Positions 38,942-50,371 are shown, counted from the first letter of the stretch. The stretch is DNA of 64,000 bases from a bacterium (GCA_963669175.1 OY769902.1:1760001-1824000); one strand, 5' to 3'. Numbers and translations are program-made. Notes: generated by a model not told the origin, from the letters alone.

Positions 38942-40540
38942 ATGAGCCCCAAAGCGAGTTCCGCCTCAGAATCTACTGGTCAAACAAAAACAACCACTAA
39001 AGCCAAAGCTTCTCAACGCTCCACGGCAACAACCACCAAAAAGACAACCAAGAAGACAACGAAACCGAAAACCCCGTCAACAAACAGAAAAACGTCGGTT
39101 AGCAAGAGCGCAGTAGTTAAACCGACCAATGGCAATGGTAAAACCAATGGGAATGGCGCCAATGGACATGGCATCATCCTGGATATAAGTCCCAGTAATA
39201 TCAAGGTCGAAGATGTCACTACGACCAAAGTATTCGTGCTGGATACCAATGTCCTGTTGCATGATCCTACCGCCATTCGTCGCTTCGACGAGCATGACCT
39301 GATCATCCCCATCACCGTGCTGGAAGAGGTGGATCAGTTCAAAAAAGGCGCGGATACCATCAATTTTAACGCTCGCGAAGTGGCGCGTGAGCTGGATGAG
39401 CTTGCTTCTCATGGAAAGATGGACGAAGAGGGCGTGCCGTTAGGAGATGGTCGTGGCACGATTCGAATTGTCGTAGGTGGTCCGGTTCATGAAAAAGTGA
39501 GGACCACGTTTTTACAGGACAATCCCGATCACCGTATTCTGTCCGCAACCCTGAAAGTCAAACAACGCTTTCCCAACCGTGAAGTGGTCCTGGTTTCCAA
39601 GGACGTATCCTTGCGCCTGAAAGCCCGCAGTATGGGAGTGGCTGCGGAGGATTATGAAAACGACAAGATCCCTGAACTGGATAAACTGTACAAGGGTCGT
39701 TATGTGCTGGAGGGCGTGGATGACGAGCTGATCGACCGGCTTTTTTTGCTGCCGTTTTCGGTGCCCGTGGCAGATTTCAGAATTGAGGAACCCTACCCGA
39801 ATGCCTATTTCATCTTACGTGGCATGTCCAAGAGCGCTATTGCACGGTATGACGCGAGCGAGCGTGCGCTGGTGCGTGTCGAGAAAAGAACATGTTATGG
39901 TATTTATCCACGCAACAGCGAGCAGACCTTTGCGCTGGACGCCCTGACCAATCCGGATATCCAACTGGTCACATTGTCCGGAAAGGCCGGGACCGGAAAA
40001 ACCTTGCTGGCCCTGGCGGGGGCTCTGGAAACACGGCGTCGTTATCACCAGGTTTTTCTCGCTCGCCCGATTGTGCCGTTGTCCAACCGCGATATCGGCT
40101 ATCTTCCCGGGGATATTCAGGACAAGATTGCGCCCTATATGCAGCCGTTGTGGGATAACCTTGGGGTGATACGTTCGCAATTCAAGGGCAACGACCCCAA
40201 CCTGGCTACGATACAGAACATGCTGGAGCACGAGAAGCTGAAGATCAGCGCGTTGGCGTATATACGTGGACGTAGCCTGAACCGGATTTATTTCATTGTG
40301 GATGAGGCGCAGAACCTGACCGGACATGAGGTGAAGACAATTATCACCCGGGCCGGAGAAGGTACGAAGATCATCTTTACCGGTGATCCCTACCAGATTG
40401 ATTCGCCTTACCTGGACGCACGTTCCAACGGCCTGACCAGGCTGATTGACAAAATGAAAGGACAGGAAGTTTACGCGCATGTGACGCTGGAAAAGGGGGA
40501 ACGGAGCCTGCTTTCAGATTTGGCTTCAGATTTGTTATAA
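38942..40540 (+). CDS. PIN-PhoH (PhoH2-like) protein with low-complexity N-terminal tail
   Basis: VLDTNVLLHD PIN motif; GKAGTGKT; IGYLPGD; IRGRS; DEAQN; GDPYQID. Confidence 0.92.
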   Translation: MSPKASSASESTGQTKTTTKAKASQRSTATTTKKTTKKTTKPKTPSTNRKTSVSKSAVVKPTNGNGKTNGNGANGHGIILDISPSNIKVEDVTTTKVFVLDTNVLLHDPTAIRRFDEHDLIIPITVLEEVDQFKKGADTINFNAREVARELDELASHGKMDEEGVPLGDGRGTIRIVVGGPVHEKVRTTFLQDNPDHRILSATLKVKQRFPNREVVLVSKDVSLRLKARSMGVAAEDYENDKIPELDKLYKGRYVLEGVDDELIDRLFLLPFSVPVADFRIEEPYPNAYFILRGMSKSAIARYDASERALVRVEKRTCYGIYPRNSEQTFALDALTNPDIQLVTLSGKAGTGKTLLALAGALETRRRYHQVFLARPIVPLSNRDIGYLPGDIQDKIAPYMQPLWDNLGVIRSQFKGNDPNLATIQNMLEHEKLKISALAYIRGRSLNRIYFIVDEAQNLTGHEVKTIITRAGEGTKIIFTGDPYQIDSPYLDARSNGLTRLIDKMKGQEVYAHVTLEKGERSLLSDLASDLL

Positions 40541-40646
40541 TACGGGTGAATTCTTCTCCCACCGCAGAAGCTATTGGAACTCCTGCCGGGAGTTCAGCGT
40601 GAGCGCATTGTTACTGGTACAGTCGTAAAACAGAGTGGTGATAGAG

Positions 40647-41447
40647 ATGACCCGGCAGGATTTTGAAACGGTAAAGCAGTCATATCAGAGTTATATGGCC
40701 CGGTATTCAGATGCCAGGGGTTCTGTTGCTGGCGCGATTCATGTGAAGCTGGTCCATATTGAACAGGTTGTTCATGAAATGAAACTGCTGGTTGAAGCGC
40801 TGTACCTGGATGAATTCGACACATTCATTGCCCTTTCCATCGCGCAACTCCATGATATCGCCCGTCCCGAACAGCTTGTCAAATACGGCACGATGAAAGA
40901 TGCCGACTCGGAAAACCACGCCCTTATGGCTGTCCGTATTATTAAGGAAGAGGAGATTCTGGGCCATCTGGAAAGGGATGAACAGGAGCTGATCCTGACA
41001 GCGGTCGCCAATCACAATCGGTATGCTGTTGAGGATGGATTGGATGAACGTACGCTGTTATTTTGCAAACTGATACGTGATGCGGACAAGCTGGATATCT
41101 GGCGGGTGTTTATTGAGCTGGACAGCCAGCCGGAATCGTCGGAAGCCGCCACTGCCTTTTTTGGCCTGGAAGAACGTGATGAAGTGACGCCCTCTGTATG
41201 GCAGGCTATCATGGAAGGACACATTGCTGATTATCGAGAATTGCAAACACGTTGCGATTTTCGCCTGCTGGTCATGGGATGGGTTTTTGATCTGAATTTC
41301 CAGCATAGTCTGAACCGGGTCGTACAGCAGGGATTCCTGGACACAATGAAATCACGCATTCCCCTTACTCCGAACGTGGAAAACGCCCTGAAGAGAATAG
41401 AGACTTTTATTAACGAAAGAACACAACAACAGGTTGCCATATCCTGA
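40647..41447 (+). CDS. HD-domain phosphohydrolase
   Basis: KLVH, LHDIAR, NHA, NHN, IRDADKLD. Confidence 0.85.
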   Translation: MTRQDFETVKQSYQSYMARYSDARGSVAGAIHVKLVHIEQVVHEMKLLVEALYLDEFDTFIALSIAQLHDIARPEQLVKYGTMKDADSENHALMAVRIIKEEEILGHLERDEQELILTAVANHNRYAVEDGLDERTLLFCKLIRDADKLDIWRVFIELDSQPESSEAATAFFGLEERDEVTPSVWQAIMEGHIADYRELQTRCDFRLLVMGWVFDLNFQHSLNRVVQQGFLDTMKSRIPLTPNVENALKRIETFINERTQQQVAIS

Positions 41448-41485
41448 GTTACAGTAGAATAATGTCCCATGGAATAGAACAACTG

Positions 41486-41562
41486 CGAGATCCCCGTTAT
41501 GTTCACGGCTGTGCTTCGCACACCGCAAGCTTCGCTTCGCTATGGTTCAAGCCGGGGATGAC
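41486..41562. repeat. REP arm (as at 19395) interrupted by a 46-bp insert flanked by a GTT duplication
   Basis: CGAGATCCCC-GTT-[41499-41544]-GTT-CAAGCCGGGGATGAC. Confidence 0.8.
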
Positions 41563-41754
41563 ATGATGGGACTTTAAGTAACATGTACTTCCTGATAGCG
41601 CTGACCTGAAAAAACGCTGTACTTCCTCATCGAGATCTTGCTTTCGTCAGAAAACGATAGTATTATTACTGAACATTTGTACAGATTTTACGCGATTCGA
41701 AAGATACCGGACAGTTTTCAGAGTGTTCATACCATCATTAAAGGAGAGAAAGAG

Positions 41755-42228
41755 ATGCAGGAAAATCCAAACCTTATACCGTTGCAGATGGCGCGTCAGC
41801 TTTTCCTGAATTCCACCAGTGTTCTGGAGGAGGCGGACTCAGGATTTTTCCCGAAAGAAGGGATGTACTCTGTAGCACAGCAGGTAGAACACACCGCTTT
41901 GACTGTATTGTGGTTTGCGAATGCAGTAAAGGGTGAAGGTTTTAATATGGATTTCGAAACCTTTGAAAAGAAGTGTCGTGCAGCGACCTCGTATGACGAA
42001 TCAATGGCTCATTTCAACGCAGCGTTTGATAAGGCGGAGGAGATTTTTGGTGGCTTGAGCCAGGAAGAAATCATGGCGCCACTACCGGATAACCCGATTA
42101 TGGGACCGGTTCCGATCTTTTCCCTGCTTTTTTCAATCCAGGACCACACGGCGCACCATCGTGGTTCACTGGTGGTCTATGCAAGGCTGCTGGGCAAGCA
42201 ACCGAAAATGCCGTATAGCGAGATGTAG
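41755..42228 (+). CDS. DinB/YfiT-family protein
   Basis: SVAQQVEH, DHTAHHRGSLVVYARLLG; AAGGAG SD. Confidence 0.88.
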   Translation: MQENPNLIPLQMARQLFLNSTSVLEEADSGFFPKEGMYSVAQQVEHTALTVLWFANAVKGEGFNMDFETFEKKCRAATSYDESMAHFNAAFDKAEEIFGGLSQEEIMAPLPDNPIMGPVPIFSLLFSIQDHTAHHRGSLVVYARLLGKQPKMPYSEM

Positions 42229-42254
42229 AGGTCTAATCCGAGATACAACTTTAT

Positions 42255-42281
42255 AAAGGGGCTGATAGCAGCCCCTTTTGT
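42255..42281 (+). terminator. Intrinsic terminator
   Basis: AAAGGGGCTG-ATAG-CAGCCCCTTTT. Confidence 0.7.
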
Positions 42282-42721
42282 TTGGTGGTCCTAATAGTTG
42301 CAAACATGGGTACATAAATTTTGAAACAGAGATTCTCAAAGAAAGAAAACCAAAAGCAAAAAATCCGAAGAATCGATCAAGGTATAACCTCAAATAGAAA
42401 GAGGTATGGAAAATGTCTCTCTTAAAAAATGAGAATATACTTGTCATCTATTTGATTACATGGATCTAAGGAGAATCGAAATTTGTACTCCTCCTCTCCC
42501 AGAGAACAAAGCTTTTCGCTTGTAGTCATTTTGACTACAAAAAACTTCGAATTACTTTATTCATAGATAGTCATTTCCCTGCACTGCTCCCTTGTTATCC
42601 CTATTGAAATCGATTCCATGATTGTTCCTGTCGTAATAATACTGTGTTAGGGGAAGTTAATTGTTGGAGGGTTATTGATTCTTCATAGACCGGGAGAATC
42701 CTTGTACGAGGAGGTGGCATC

Positions 42722-45247
42722 GTGTTTCTAAGTAATCTTCGTTTGCCGGTAAAGATTGCGGGATTAAGCCTGGGAATACTTGTCATTGTTGCGGTAATTC
42801 TTGGTGTTGTAGCAACAATGGGTATTCGTAATCTTGGCAATCAGGTTCAGTCTGATTTGAAGCAGAACACTGAAGACGAGCTGGTGTCGACTCGAGAAAC
42901 ACTGGAAAATGCGCATCAAAGCCGTCTACGTGATTTGGTGAATACGGCAGCCAGTCATTTCGAGGAATTGAATCAGGCTGTATTGGAAGGAAGGATGAGC
43001 CTGCAGCGTGCGCAGCGTGAGGCGATGGAGCGGGTTCGCGTAATGCGTTACGATGAAGGGAAGGGCTATTTCTGGATTAATTCGGCTGATCCGATTCAGA
43101 CTACGATGATCATGCATCCGACGGTTCCTTCTCTGGAGGGCACCGACGTATCTCAGTATACGAAGAATGGTCGCGTGGTCATGGCAGATGGAACAAATAC
43201 GCCGATGTTTGTTGAAATGGCTCGCGTAACCTTGAACAGTCCGACAGATGACGGTTTTGTCGGCTATCCCTGGCCAAATCCTCTCAACATGTCCGAGTGG
43301 CTTCCCAAGTTATCTTATGTGTACAATTTCAAACCCTGGGGCTGGGTGATCGGCTCAGGCGTTTATGTGGATGACATTGACAAGGCCATGGTGTTGAAGC
43401 AGGCGCAAATGGAAGAGATGCAGGAGCGTTTCATTTCTGAAGCGTCCAAACAGACCACTTCAGCAATAACACGTATTCTTATAGTCACCCTCATTCTTGC
43501 TGTCATCGGAGTATTCCTGACCATGTTGGTAGTCCGGGATATCAATGTGCCGTTGAAGAGAATTCAGGATGCTGCGGATGCCATTGCCATGGGTGATGTC
43601 CAGCAGGATGTCGAGATGCGCAGAAAGGATGAGATCGGCCAACTTGCCGTTGTCTTCGGCAATATGATTGAAGGCCTGAAGGATAAGGCGCGAATTGCCG
43701 AGGAAATCGCAGCGGGCAATCTTCAGGTTGATATCAAAGCCCTGTCGGACCGGGATGCAGTTGGCAAAGCCATGCAATCCATGAAGGACAGTCTCCTTGC
43801 CATGCAGAAGAACCTGGGCGAGACCATAGAGGCGCAGAAAGCCGGCGACCTGGATATGCGGTGCAATCCCGAGCGTTTCAAGGGCGCGTATGCAGAACTG
43901 CTGCAGGGCATGAATGATGCGCTTGAAGCTGTGATCAAGCCATTAATTGAAGCTAGTGACATTCTTCAGGTTTATGCTGACGGCGATCTTACCCGTCAGA
44001 TACGTGATCTGCCCGGCAAGCAGGTTGTGTTGACAAACGGCATGAATCAGATTCGAGCCAACCTGAACTCGCTGATTCAGGCCGGTGTTGAACTGGCAGA
44101 TGCAGCTCGTGAAGGACGTCTGCATGAACGCGGGGACGCTGGTCGGTTCTCCGGCGGCTATCGCAAGATCATTGAAGGAATGAATGATATCATCGACAAC
44201 CTGCTCAAACCGGTTGAGGAGGTTGTCAAGGCGCTGGAGAAGATGGCGGACGGCGATCTGAACCTGTCTGTAAGCGCGGATTACAAGGGCGATCATGCCA
44301 AGATGATGAACGCCATGAACAACACCCTGGATGCGCTGAATGAACTGTTGATCGAAGTTCAGGAAGCAATTGACCAGGTGGATTCCGGTTCAACCCAGGT
44401 TTCCGATGCTGCGCAGTCGCTGTCTCAGGGATCGACCGAGCAGGCAAGTTCCATGGAAGAAGTGACATCCGCGACTACAGAAGTCGGTGGTATGATCAAG
44501 CAGAATGCCGAGTCGGCAGTTCAGGCGAACATGCTGGTTGCGGACTCACGCAAGGCGGCTGATCAGGGCAATGCCCAGATGCAGGATATGCTTGGCGCCA
44601 TGCAGGATATCAACTCATCCTCCGATGAGATCAACCGCATTATCAAGGTGATCGATGAAATCGCCTTCCAGACCAACCTGCTGGCGCTGAATGCTGCGGT
44701 TGAGGCCGCTCGTGCCGGTGTACACGGGAAAGGGTTTGCCGTCGTTGCCGATGAAGTCCGAAACCTTGCCCAGCGAAGCGCGCAGGCAGCGAAAGAAACA
44801 ACCGAATTGATCGAAGGCACCCGGCAACGTGTTGATAAGGGCGCCAAGATCGCGGATGAGACAGCAGAAGCGTTGGTGAAAATTGTCGATGGCGTTACGA
44901 AAGTAACGGACCTGGTAAGTGAGATTGCATCGGCCTCCAAGGAGCAGTCCCTTGGAATCGAGCAGATCACGGATGCGCTGGGGCAGATTGATCAGGTTAC
45001 CCAGGCGAATACGACCAATGCGGAAGAGAGCGCTGCGGCGGCAGAGGAGCTGTCAAGCCAGGCAACGAATCTGCGGGCCATGGTGGCAAGGTTCTCCCTG
45101 AGAAGCTCCAAGTCGAGAAGAAAACACAACACGTATGCTGAAATAGCGGCTGCTCCGAGAAAGAAAGCCCTGCCAGGGTACGAAGGCATAGAAACCAAAC
45201 CTGAAGATGTAATCGCCCTGGATGATGAGGACTTTGAAGACTTCTAG
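42722..45247 (+). CDS. Methyl-accepting chemotaxis protein (Cache sensor, poly-HAMP)
   Basis: Two TMs; GYFWIN...MHP...PKLSYV...[10 protein letters not shown]; [17 protein letters not shown]...[13 protein letters not shown]. Confidence 0.95.
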   Translation: MFLSNLRLPVKIAGLSLGILVIVAVILGVVATMGIRNLGNQVQSDLKQNTEDELVSTRETLENAHQSRLRDLVNTAASHFEELNQAVLEGRMSLQRAQREAMERVRVMRYDEGKGYFWINSADPIQTTMIMHPTVPSLEGTDVSQYTKNGRVVMADGTNTPMFVEMARVTLNSPTDDGFVGYPWPNPLNMSEWLPKLSYVYNFKPWGWVIGSGVYVDDIDKAMVLKQAQMEEMQERFISEASKQTTSAITRILIVTLILAVIGVFLTMLVVRDINVPLKRIQDAADAIAMGDVQQDVEMRRKDEIGQLAVVFGNMIEGLKDKARIAEEIAAGNLQVDIKALSDRDAVGKAMQSMKDSLLAMQKNLGETIEAQKAGDLDMRCNPERFKGAYAELLQGMNDALEAVIKPLIEASDILQVYADGDLTRQIRDLPGKQVVLTNGMNQIRANLNSLIQAGVELADAAREGRLHERGDAGRFSGGYRKIIEGMNDIIDNLLKPVEEVVKALEKMADGDLNLSVSADYKGDHAKMMNAMNNTLDALNELLIEVQEAIDQVDSGSTQVSDAAQSLSQGSTEQASSMEEVTSATTEVGGMIKQNAESAVQANMLVADSRKAADQGNAQMQDMLGAMQDINSSSDEINRIIKVIDEIAFQTNLLALNAAVEAARAGVHGKGFAVVADEVRNLAQRSAQAAKETTELIEGTRQRVDKGAKIADETAEALVKIVDGVTKVTDLVSEIASASKEQSLGIEQITDALGQIDQVTQANTTNAEESAAAAEELSSQATNLRAMVARFSLRSSKSRRKHNTYAEIAAAPRKKALPGYEGIETKPEDVIALDDEDFEDF

Positions 45248-45333
45248 AGAGATGGCTTCTGTAAAGCAATCCACTAGTGGATCATAGCAGGTGCAATGAT
45301 CCACTAAATCGATAGTCCAGGTACAAGAATAGT

Positions 45334-45371
45334 AATACCCATCGAGTCGAATTACTCGATGGGTATTTTTT
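45334..45371 (+). terminator. Intrinsic terminator after the MCP gene
   Basis: AATACCCATCGAGT/ACTCGATGGGTATT plus T tract. Confidence 0.7.
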
Positions 45372-45450
45372 CTAAGAATTGTATAAGAATCATACTTATC
45401 CTGTTCACTGACAGTTGGGAAAGACTCGCCCGGAAGAAAAGGAATTGCTG

Positions 45451-46344
45451 ATGAAAGTGGCGTTAAGCGCAGTCCAGCCTGGAATGGTATTGGCTGAAGA
45501 TATTCGTATTGATAGGCGTGTTTACTATCATCGAGGGGAGCGTATATCAAAATCTGACTTGAAGGTACTGAAATCGCTTCGTGTTAAGAGTCTTCACATC
45601 GATGAGAACGCCGATAAGCCGGAAAGCCGTGAGGGGTTTCTCTCGGATAAGCTGCGTGAAGAAGCTGTTGCTGAAGTGCGCCGTACCTACCTGGATTTTC
45701 ACCTGATTACCCCGCGCAGGTTTGATGCCATACGCACTGTGGGCGAGAAAATCGTCGATGAAATTCTCAGTCAGAATACCTTCAATTTTTCATCAATGGC
45801 GTTGCGTACTTACGATGATTACACCTTCCATCATTCAGTAAATGTTACTTCGGTATCGGTAGCGCTCGGTTCGCAGATGGGGTTGCCCGAACGTGAGCTG
45901 AAAGGGCTGGCAGCAGGCGCTTTGATGCATGACATCGGGAAAATGCGGATACCGGAATTGATTCTGCAAAAGAATGGTCGGCTTGAACCGACAGAACGTG
46001 ATTTTATCAACCGACACCCGGAATGGGGCTTCGATATCCTGTCAGAACAGACCGCCAGCGACCCGGTAATCTGGGGGGTGGCACACCAGCATCATGAGGC
46101 AATGGATGGGTCCGGATATCCCAACGCGAAGACCGGACGCAATATTCATCCGTGGGCCAGGATTGTCATGGTGGCTGATATCTGGGATGCGTTGCGCAGT
46201 GACCGGCCTTATAAACCTGCCTGGTCAGTTGGGGATACTTTCGGGTACATGAACAGTGCGGAAATGACAAAGAAACTGGACCCGGAAGCGCTCAACGCCA
46301 TGAATCAAATGATCGCTGTTGAAGACACCTGCATGTCTGAATAG
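45451..46344 (+). CDS. HD-GYP domain protein (canonical motifs)
   Basis: YTFHHSVNV, HDIGK, HHEAMDGSGYP, VADIWDALRSDRPY. Confidence 0.92.
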   Translation: MKVALSAVQPGMVLAEDIRIDRRVYYHRGERISKSDLKVLKSLRVKSLHIDENADKPESREGFLSDKLREEAVAEVRRTYLDFHLITPRRFDAIRTVGEKIVDEILSQNTFNFSSMALRTYDDYTFHHSVNVTSVSVALGSQMGLPERELKGLAAGALMHDIGKMRIPELILQKNGRLEPTERDFINRHPEWGFDILSEQTASDPVIWGVAHQHHEAMDGSGYPNAKTGRNIHPWARIVMVADIWDALRSDRPYKPAWSVGDTFGYMNSAEMTKKLDPEALNAMNQMIAVEDTCMSE

Positions 46345-46580
46345 CGACAAGGTTATCCTGCAGACGATTCAGTTAATGTACTTTATCGAATTATTATTCC
46401 ACAAAATTGCATGATTATACTGTCCCCGTGCCCCAAAAGGGATTTGAAATCTCTTTGGAGTTCCGCTTGCCGTGTCCCTATCTTGCTATCTTAGCATTGC
46501 CATTCATACACTAGTGGATCAATCAGATTGGGTAAAACGGTCCACTAAGCACTTTTCACGTTGAACCTGGGTAATCGTCC

Positions 46581-47762
46581 ATGCACCTCGTAAGTGTCAA
46601 TAAGCTGAAACCAGGTGATGTTGTCGGGAAACCAGTTTTTACCAGCGCCAGCGACATGCTGCTGGCGGCGGGCCAGGAACTGAGTACGCCAATGATCCAA
46701 AACCTCGTACGAAGAGGTTTTACTTATATATATGTACAGGATGGTGTCGCTGACGATATCGCGCCTTCGCAAGTCGTATCGGATACGCTGCGCCGTATGG
46801 TCAGCACGGAAATCAGCCAGGCCTACCAGAAAGTCAAGAATACCCCGGTCTATACTGCGATTAAGACGGAAACAGTTCAGAAAAGGCTGGAGAACGACCC
46901 CAAGCTGAAAGACCTGTTTACGGTTGCAGCGTTTCGCAAGCAGGCTTTGCACCTGCTGAACAATGTAGTCGATAACAATATCAGGGTCTTTTCCGCGCTT
47001 CCGGTGCGTTCGGATGATACAGAACAATTTCAACATGCTGTTGATACAGCGCTGTTGTGTATTCTTGTCGGTCGTGAGCTTCATCTTGGCTGGCAGGATT
47101 TGCAGGTACTGACGACGGCGGCAATGCTGCATGACATTGGTAAAGTACTTCTGTTAGAGGCTCGTCCTTCACTTCGAGAGACGAAAGGTGAGCAACTTCA
47201 AAAGGCGTTGGAGTCACACCCGGAGTATGCTGCTTCTTTGCTGAAGCACAGCGACCCGGACAGCTCCAAAGAACAGATCATTGTGCAGCAACACCATGAA
47301 AGATTGAATGGATCAGGTTATCCCGCTCGTCTGCGTGGCAAAGATATCGCACCGTTACAGATCAGCCAGTATGATACGGGTACAATTTCTGGATTATCTA
47401 TGGTCCTGGCTGTTGTAAACCACTATGATAATCTGTTATCAGGGAAAACCAATGGCACTCTTCATTCTCCCGAAGATGCGATTAAGCAGCTTGTTCTCGA
47501 AGCCGGTGAAAGCTGGAACAGCCATGTTGTGCGAGCGCTGGGAAACATCATTCAGCTATATCCAATCGGCGCGCAGGTACGCGTGATAAGGTCCGGAGGG
47601 ATGCGCTTTGACGGCTGGCGCGGTGTCGTGGTTCGCAATAATCCTGAATCTGGTGATAAACCTATTATTCTGTTGACACATAATGCCATGGGAACCAAAG
47701 TACAACCAGTGGTTGTGAACTGTGCGGCTGATAAAGCAGCGAAACTGGAGTTGTTAATATAA
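46581..47762 (+). CDS. HD-GYP-like protein (degenerate)
   Basis: HDIGK, HHERLNGSGYP; VVNHYDN in place of VADxxDA; no RPY. Confidence 0.85.
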   Translation: MHLVSVNKLKPGDVVGKPVFTSASDMLLAAGQELSTPMIQNLVRRGFTYIYVQDGVADDIAPSQVVSDTLRRMVSTEISQAYQKVKNTPVYTAIKTETVQKRLENDPKLKDLFTVAAFRKQALHLLNNVVDNNIRVFSALPVRSDDTEQFQHAVDTALLCILVGRELHLGWQDLQVLTTAAMLHDIGKVLLLEARPSLRETKGEQLQKALESHPEYAASLLKHSDPDSSKEQIIVQQHHERLNGSGYPARLRGKDIAPLQISQYDTGTISGLSMVLAVVNHYDNLLSGKTNGTLHSPEDAIKQLVLEAGESWNSHVVRALGNIIQLYPIGAQVRVIRSGGMRFDGWRGVVVRNNPESGDKPIILLTHNAMGTKVQPVVVNCAADKAAKLELLI

Positions 47763-48054
47763 GGCAATGTGAATTTTGGATTCTTGGCGCTTTTAGGTTT
47801 TTTCAATGTAACATGAAGTGATTGCTACTCTTGGAGTCAGTGTGCTGCCAAGCAACAGTATTTCTAGGTTTCACGTTGTATACTAGGAATCGGTAGCAGG
47901 AAGGGAGGTAGGGGAGAAGTATTTCCATTCTGGAATTCCTACATATTCTTTTCAGGTTTTGATACCCGGGCGGGTATTTTGCGGTCCAGACAACTCATTT
48001 GAACAGTTGCGTCTTCACTGGTAACGATAAACACTTCGACGAGCGGGATTTATA

Positions 48055-49239
48055 ATGCACCTCGTTAGCGTTGGAAAGCTTGAAATAGGTGATGTCCTGG
48101 GCAGGTCGCTGTATAATGAAAGCCGGGAACTCCTGCTTGCGGCAGGATACAAGCTCACGGCGGACATGGTAAAACGACTCGACCAGCGTGGCTTCAATTA
48201 CGTATACATTATGGATGGAGTTGCTGATGATATTTCTCCTGAAGAAGTCATCAGCGATACTCTTCGCGTTTCCGTCAAAAAAAGTGTTGAAGATGCCTGG
48301 GGTGATATTCGTTCCAATCCTGCTCTACGTGGGCTGGAACCGACCAATATTGAAGAACGTCTTGATAACGATCCCAAATTAAAAAACCTGCTTCAGATGT
48401 CTGCGTTTCGCAAGCAGGCTGCGGACCTCCTGGATGAAGTCATTGGTAATAACGTGCAGGTTTTTTCCTCTCTTCCCATCCGGTCTGAAGATGATCATCA
48501 TGTTCAACATGCGATTGATGTGGCCTTGATATCAATTCTGATGGGGCAGGAGTTGGCGATGCACTGGGATGATCTCAGGTCGCTGGCAACATCTGCGCTC
48601 TTGCATGATGTTGGGAAGACAGTACTGCTCTCAAAGAAAGACAAGGTTAGTCGCGCGTTGTTGCGTGAACGTGAAGTGATGATGCGCGAACACCCTACGT
48701 ATTCCATGTTGATTATGCGGGGGAGCGATCCTGCCAGTTTTAAGGAACAGCTTGCTGTACATGAACACCATGAACAGTTGGATGGCAAGGGATATCCCAT
48801 GGGCCTGACAGGCGAGGATGTTCCCCTGTTGAAGAGATCCGGAACTGGTGGGAGCCGGAAGATTTTCAGACTTTCCATGGTGCTCGCGGTAGCGAACCGG
48901 TATGATAACCTGGTGTCCGGCGCTTATGATGATATCAATTACACTCCGGAAGAAGCTTTGAAGCGGCTGGTTTCCGAATCGGGTGTCATGTGGAACAGCT
49001 ATGCCGTAAAAGCGCTTGGGCAGGTTATTCAATTATATCCTGTCGGTACCATGGTCAGACTTACACGGTACAAGGATATGGAGCATGTAGGGTATTTTGG
49101 CGTTGTCGTTCAGGCTAACCCTGAAGACCAGACCAAGCCGATAATCGTCTTAACACATAACGCCATGAATCAGAAGATCAACCCCAGGAAAATCAACACG
49201 GCAGCCGACCGTAACTGCCGGTTGGAACTCGTCCTGTAG
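48055..49239 (+). CDS. HD-GYP-like protein (degenerate; paralog of 46581-47762)
   Basis: HDVGK, HHEQLDGKGYP, VANRYDN; shares MHLVSV, DGVADDI and AFRKQA with its neighbour. Confidence 0.85.
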   Translation: MHLVSVGKLEIGDVLGRSLYNESRELLLAAGYKLTADMVKRLDQRGFNYVYIMDGVADDISPEEVISDTLRVSVKKSVEDAWGDIRSNPALRGLEPTNIEERLDNDPKLKNLLQMSAFRKQAADLLDEVIGNNVQVFSSLPIRSEDDHHVQHAIDVALISILMGQELAMHWDDLRSLATSALLHDVGKTVLLSKKDKVSRALLREREVMMREHPTYSMLIMRGSDPASFKEQLAVHEHHEQLDGKGYPMGLTGEDVPLLKRSGTGGSRKIFRLSMVLAVANRYDNLVSGAYDDINYTPEEALKRLVSESGVMWNSYAVKALGQVIQLYPVGTMVRLTRYKDMEHVGYFGVVVQANPEDQTKPIIVLTHNAMNQKINPRKINTAADRNCRLELVL

Positions 49240-49483
49240 GCCACATTTCAGAGTCTTTCATACCTTTATACTTTTGATATGTATAGCTTTAGAGGCAGTC
49301 TTTGGGATTGAGACTCTTTTCACTCATTAAAACAGTCTTTCATTTTCCTGTACAGGTTGTCTCAGACGCTGGCAAAATATAACTTGTTACCTGCGACCGG
49401 AACGCAATCCTGGTTAATTCCATTTTTCATAGCCTGGTATATTGACACCGGCTTTCCAGTTTAACACGGCAACAACGGAGTCC

Positions 49484-49801
49484 ATGATGGAGAAGGTGAA
49501 CGACACCAACTTCGAACAGGAAGTTTTGCAGGCAGATCAGTTGGTAGTGGTGGATTTTGGTGCGACATGGTGCGGGCCTTGCAAGAAGCTCGACCCGATC
49601 ATGGAAGAACTGATCGTTGAATACGATGGAAAAGCCAAGATCCGTAAGGTGGACGTAGGTGAAGCGCCTGGTGTCGCTCAACGATATCGTGTTCTGTCCG
49701 TCCCGCAGGTTTTGTTCTTCAAGAACGGTGAAATTGTGGATAACATCGTGGGCCTGGTTGGCAAAGGCGCAATTGCTTCCAAGATGGACAAACACGTTTA
49801 A
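49484..49801 (+). CDS. trxA: Thioredoxin
   Basis: DFGATWCGPCK, SVP. Confidence 0.92.
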   Translation: MMEKVNDTNFEQEVLQADQLVVVDFGATWCGPCKKLDPIMEELIVEYDGKAKIRKVDVGEAPGVAQRYRVLSVPQVLFFKNGEIVDNIVGLVGKGAIASKMDKHV

Positions 49802-49852
49802 TATTTTCCTCACTACCGGCATGTGAAACTGTCGTTACGAAAGGACGTTACC

Positions 49853-50338
49853 ATGTTAATGCGAACAATAAGCGTTTCACTTCTGATCCTGTTGATGGCC
49901 GTTGTCGGCTTTACGCAGGAGGCGGCAGATTTCACGCTGAAAGATATGAATGGTAACGATGTGAGTTTTGCGGATCACAAGGGAAAGGTCGTACTGGTCA
50001 ATTTCTGGGCGACCTGGTGTCCTCCGTGCCGTCACGAGATTCCTCATTTCATTGAATTGATGAATGAATTGGGTGACAAGGGGTTTGTTGTCCTGGGTAT
50101 CAGTATGGATGGAGATGCCGGAACAGTGACCAACTGGCTGAAGGACAACCCGGTAAACTACCCGATCATGATGGCAGACGACGCTGTGACAAATACGTAC
50201 AAAGCGTATTTGCCGGAAGAAGAGCGCGGGTACATTCCATTCACATTTATTATTGACAAGCGGGGCAAAATCCAGCATCATGTGGTAGGGTATAAGGACA
50301 AGGCATCCTGGGCTGCCCTGATTAACCCGCTTCTTTAG
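49853..50338 (+). CDS. TlpA-family disulfide reductase (exported)
   Basis: VNFWATWCPPCRHEIP; signal peptide. Confidence 0.9.
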   Translation: MLMRTISVSLLILLMAVVGFTQEAADFTLKDMNGNDVSFADHKGKVVLVNFWATWCPPCRHEIPHFIELMNELGDKGFVVLGISMDGDAGTVTNWLKDNPVNYPIMMADDAVTNTYKAYLPEEERGYIPFTFIIDKRGKIQHHVVGYKDKASWAALINPLL

Positions 50339-50371
50339 CTTTTCTGGAAGCATTCTCTGGTTGATATTTAT

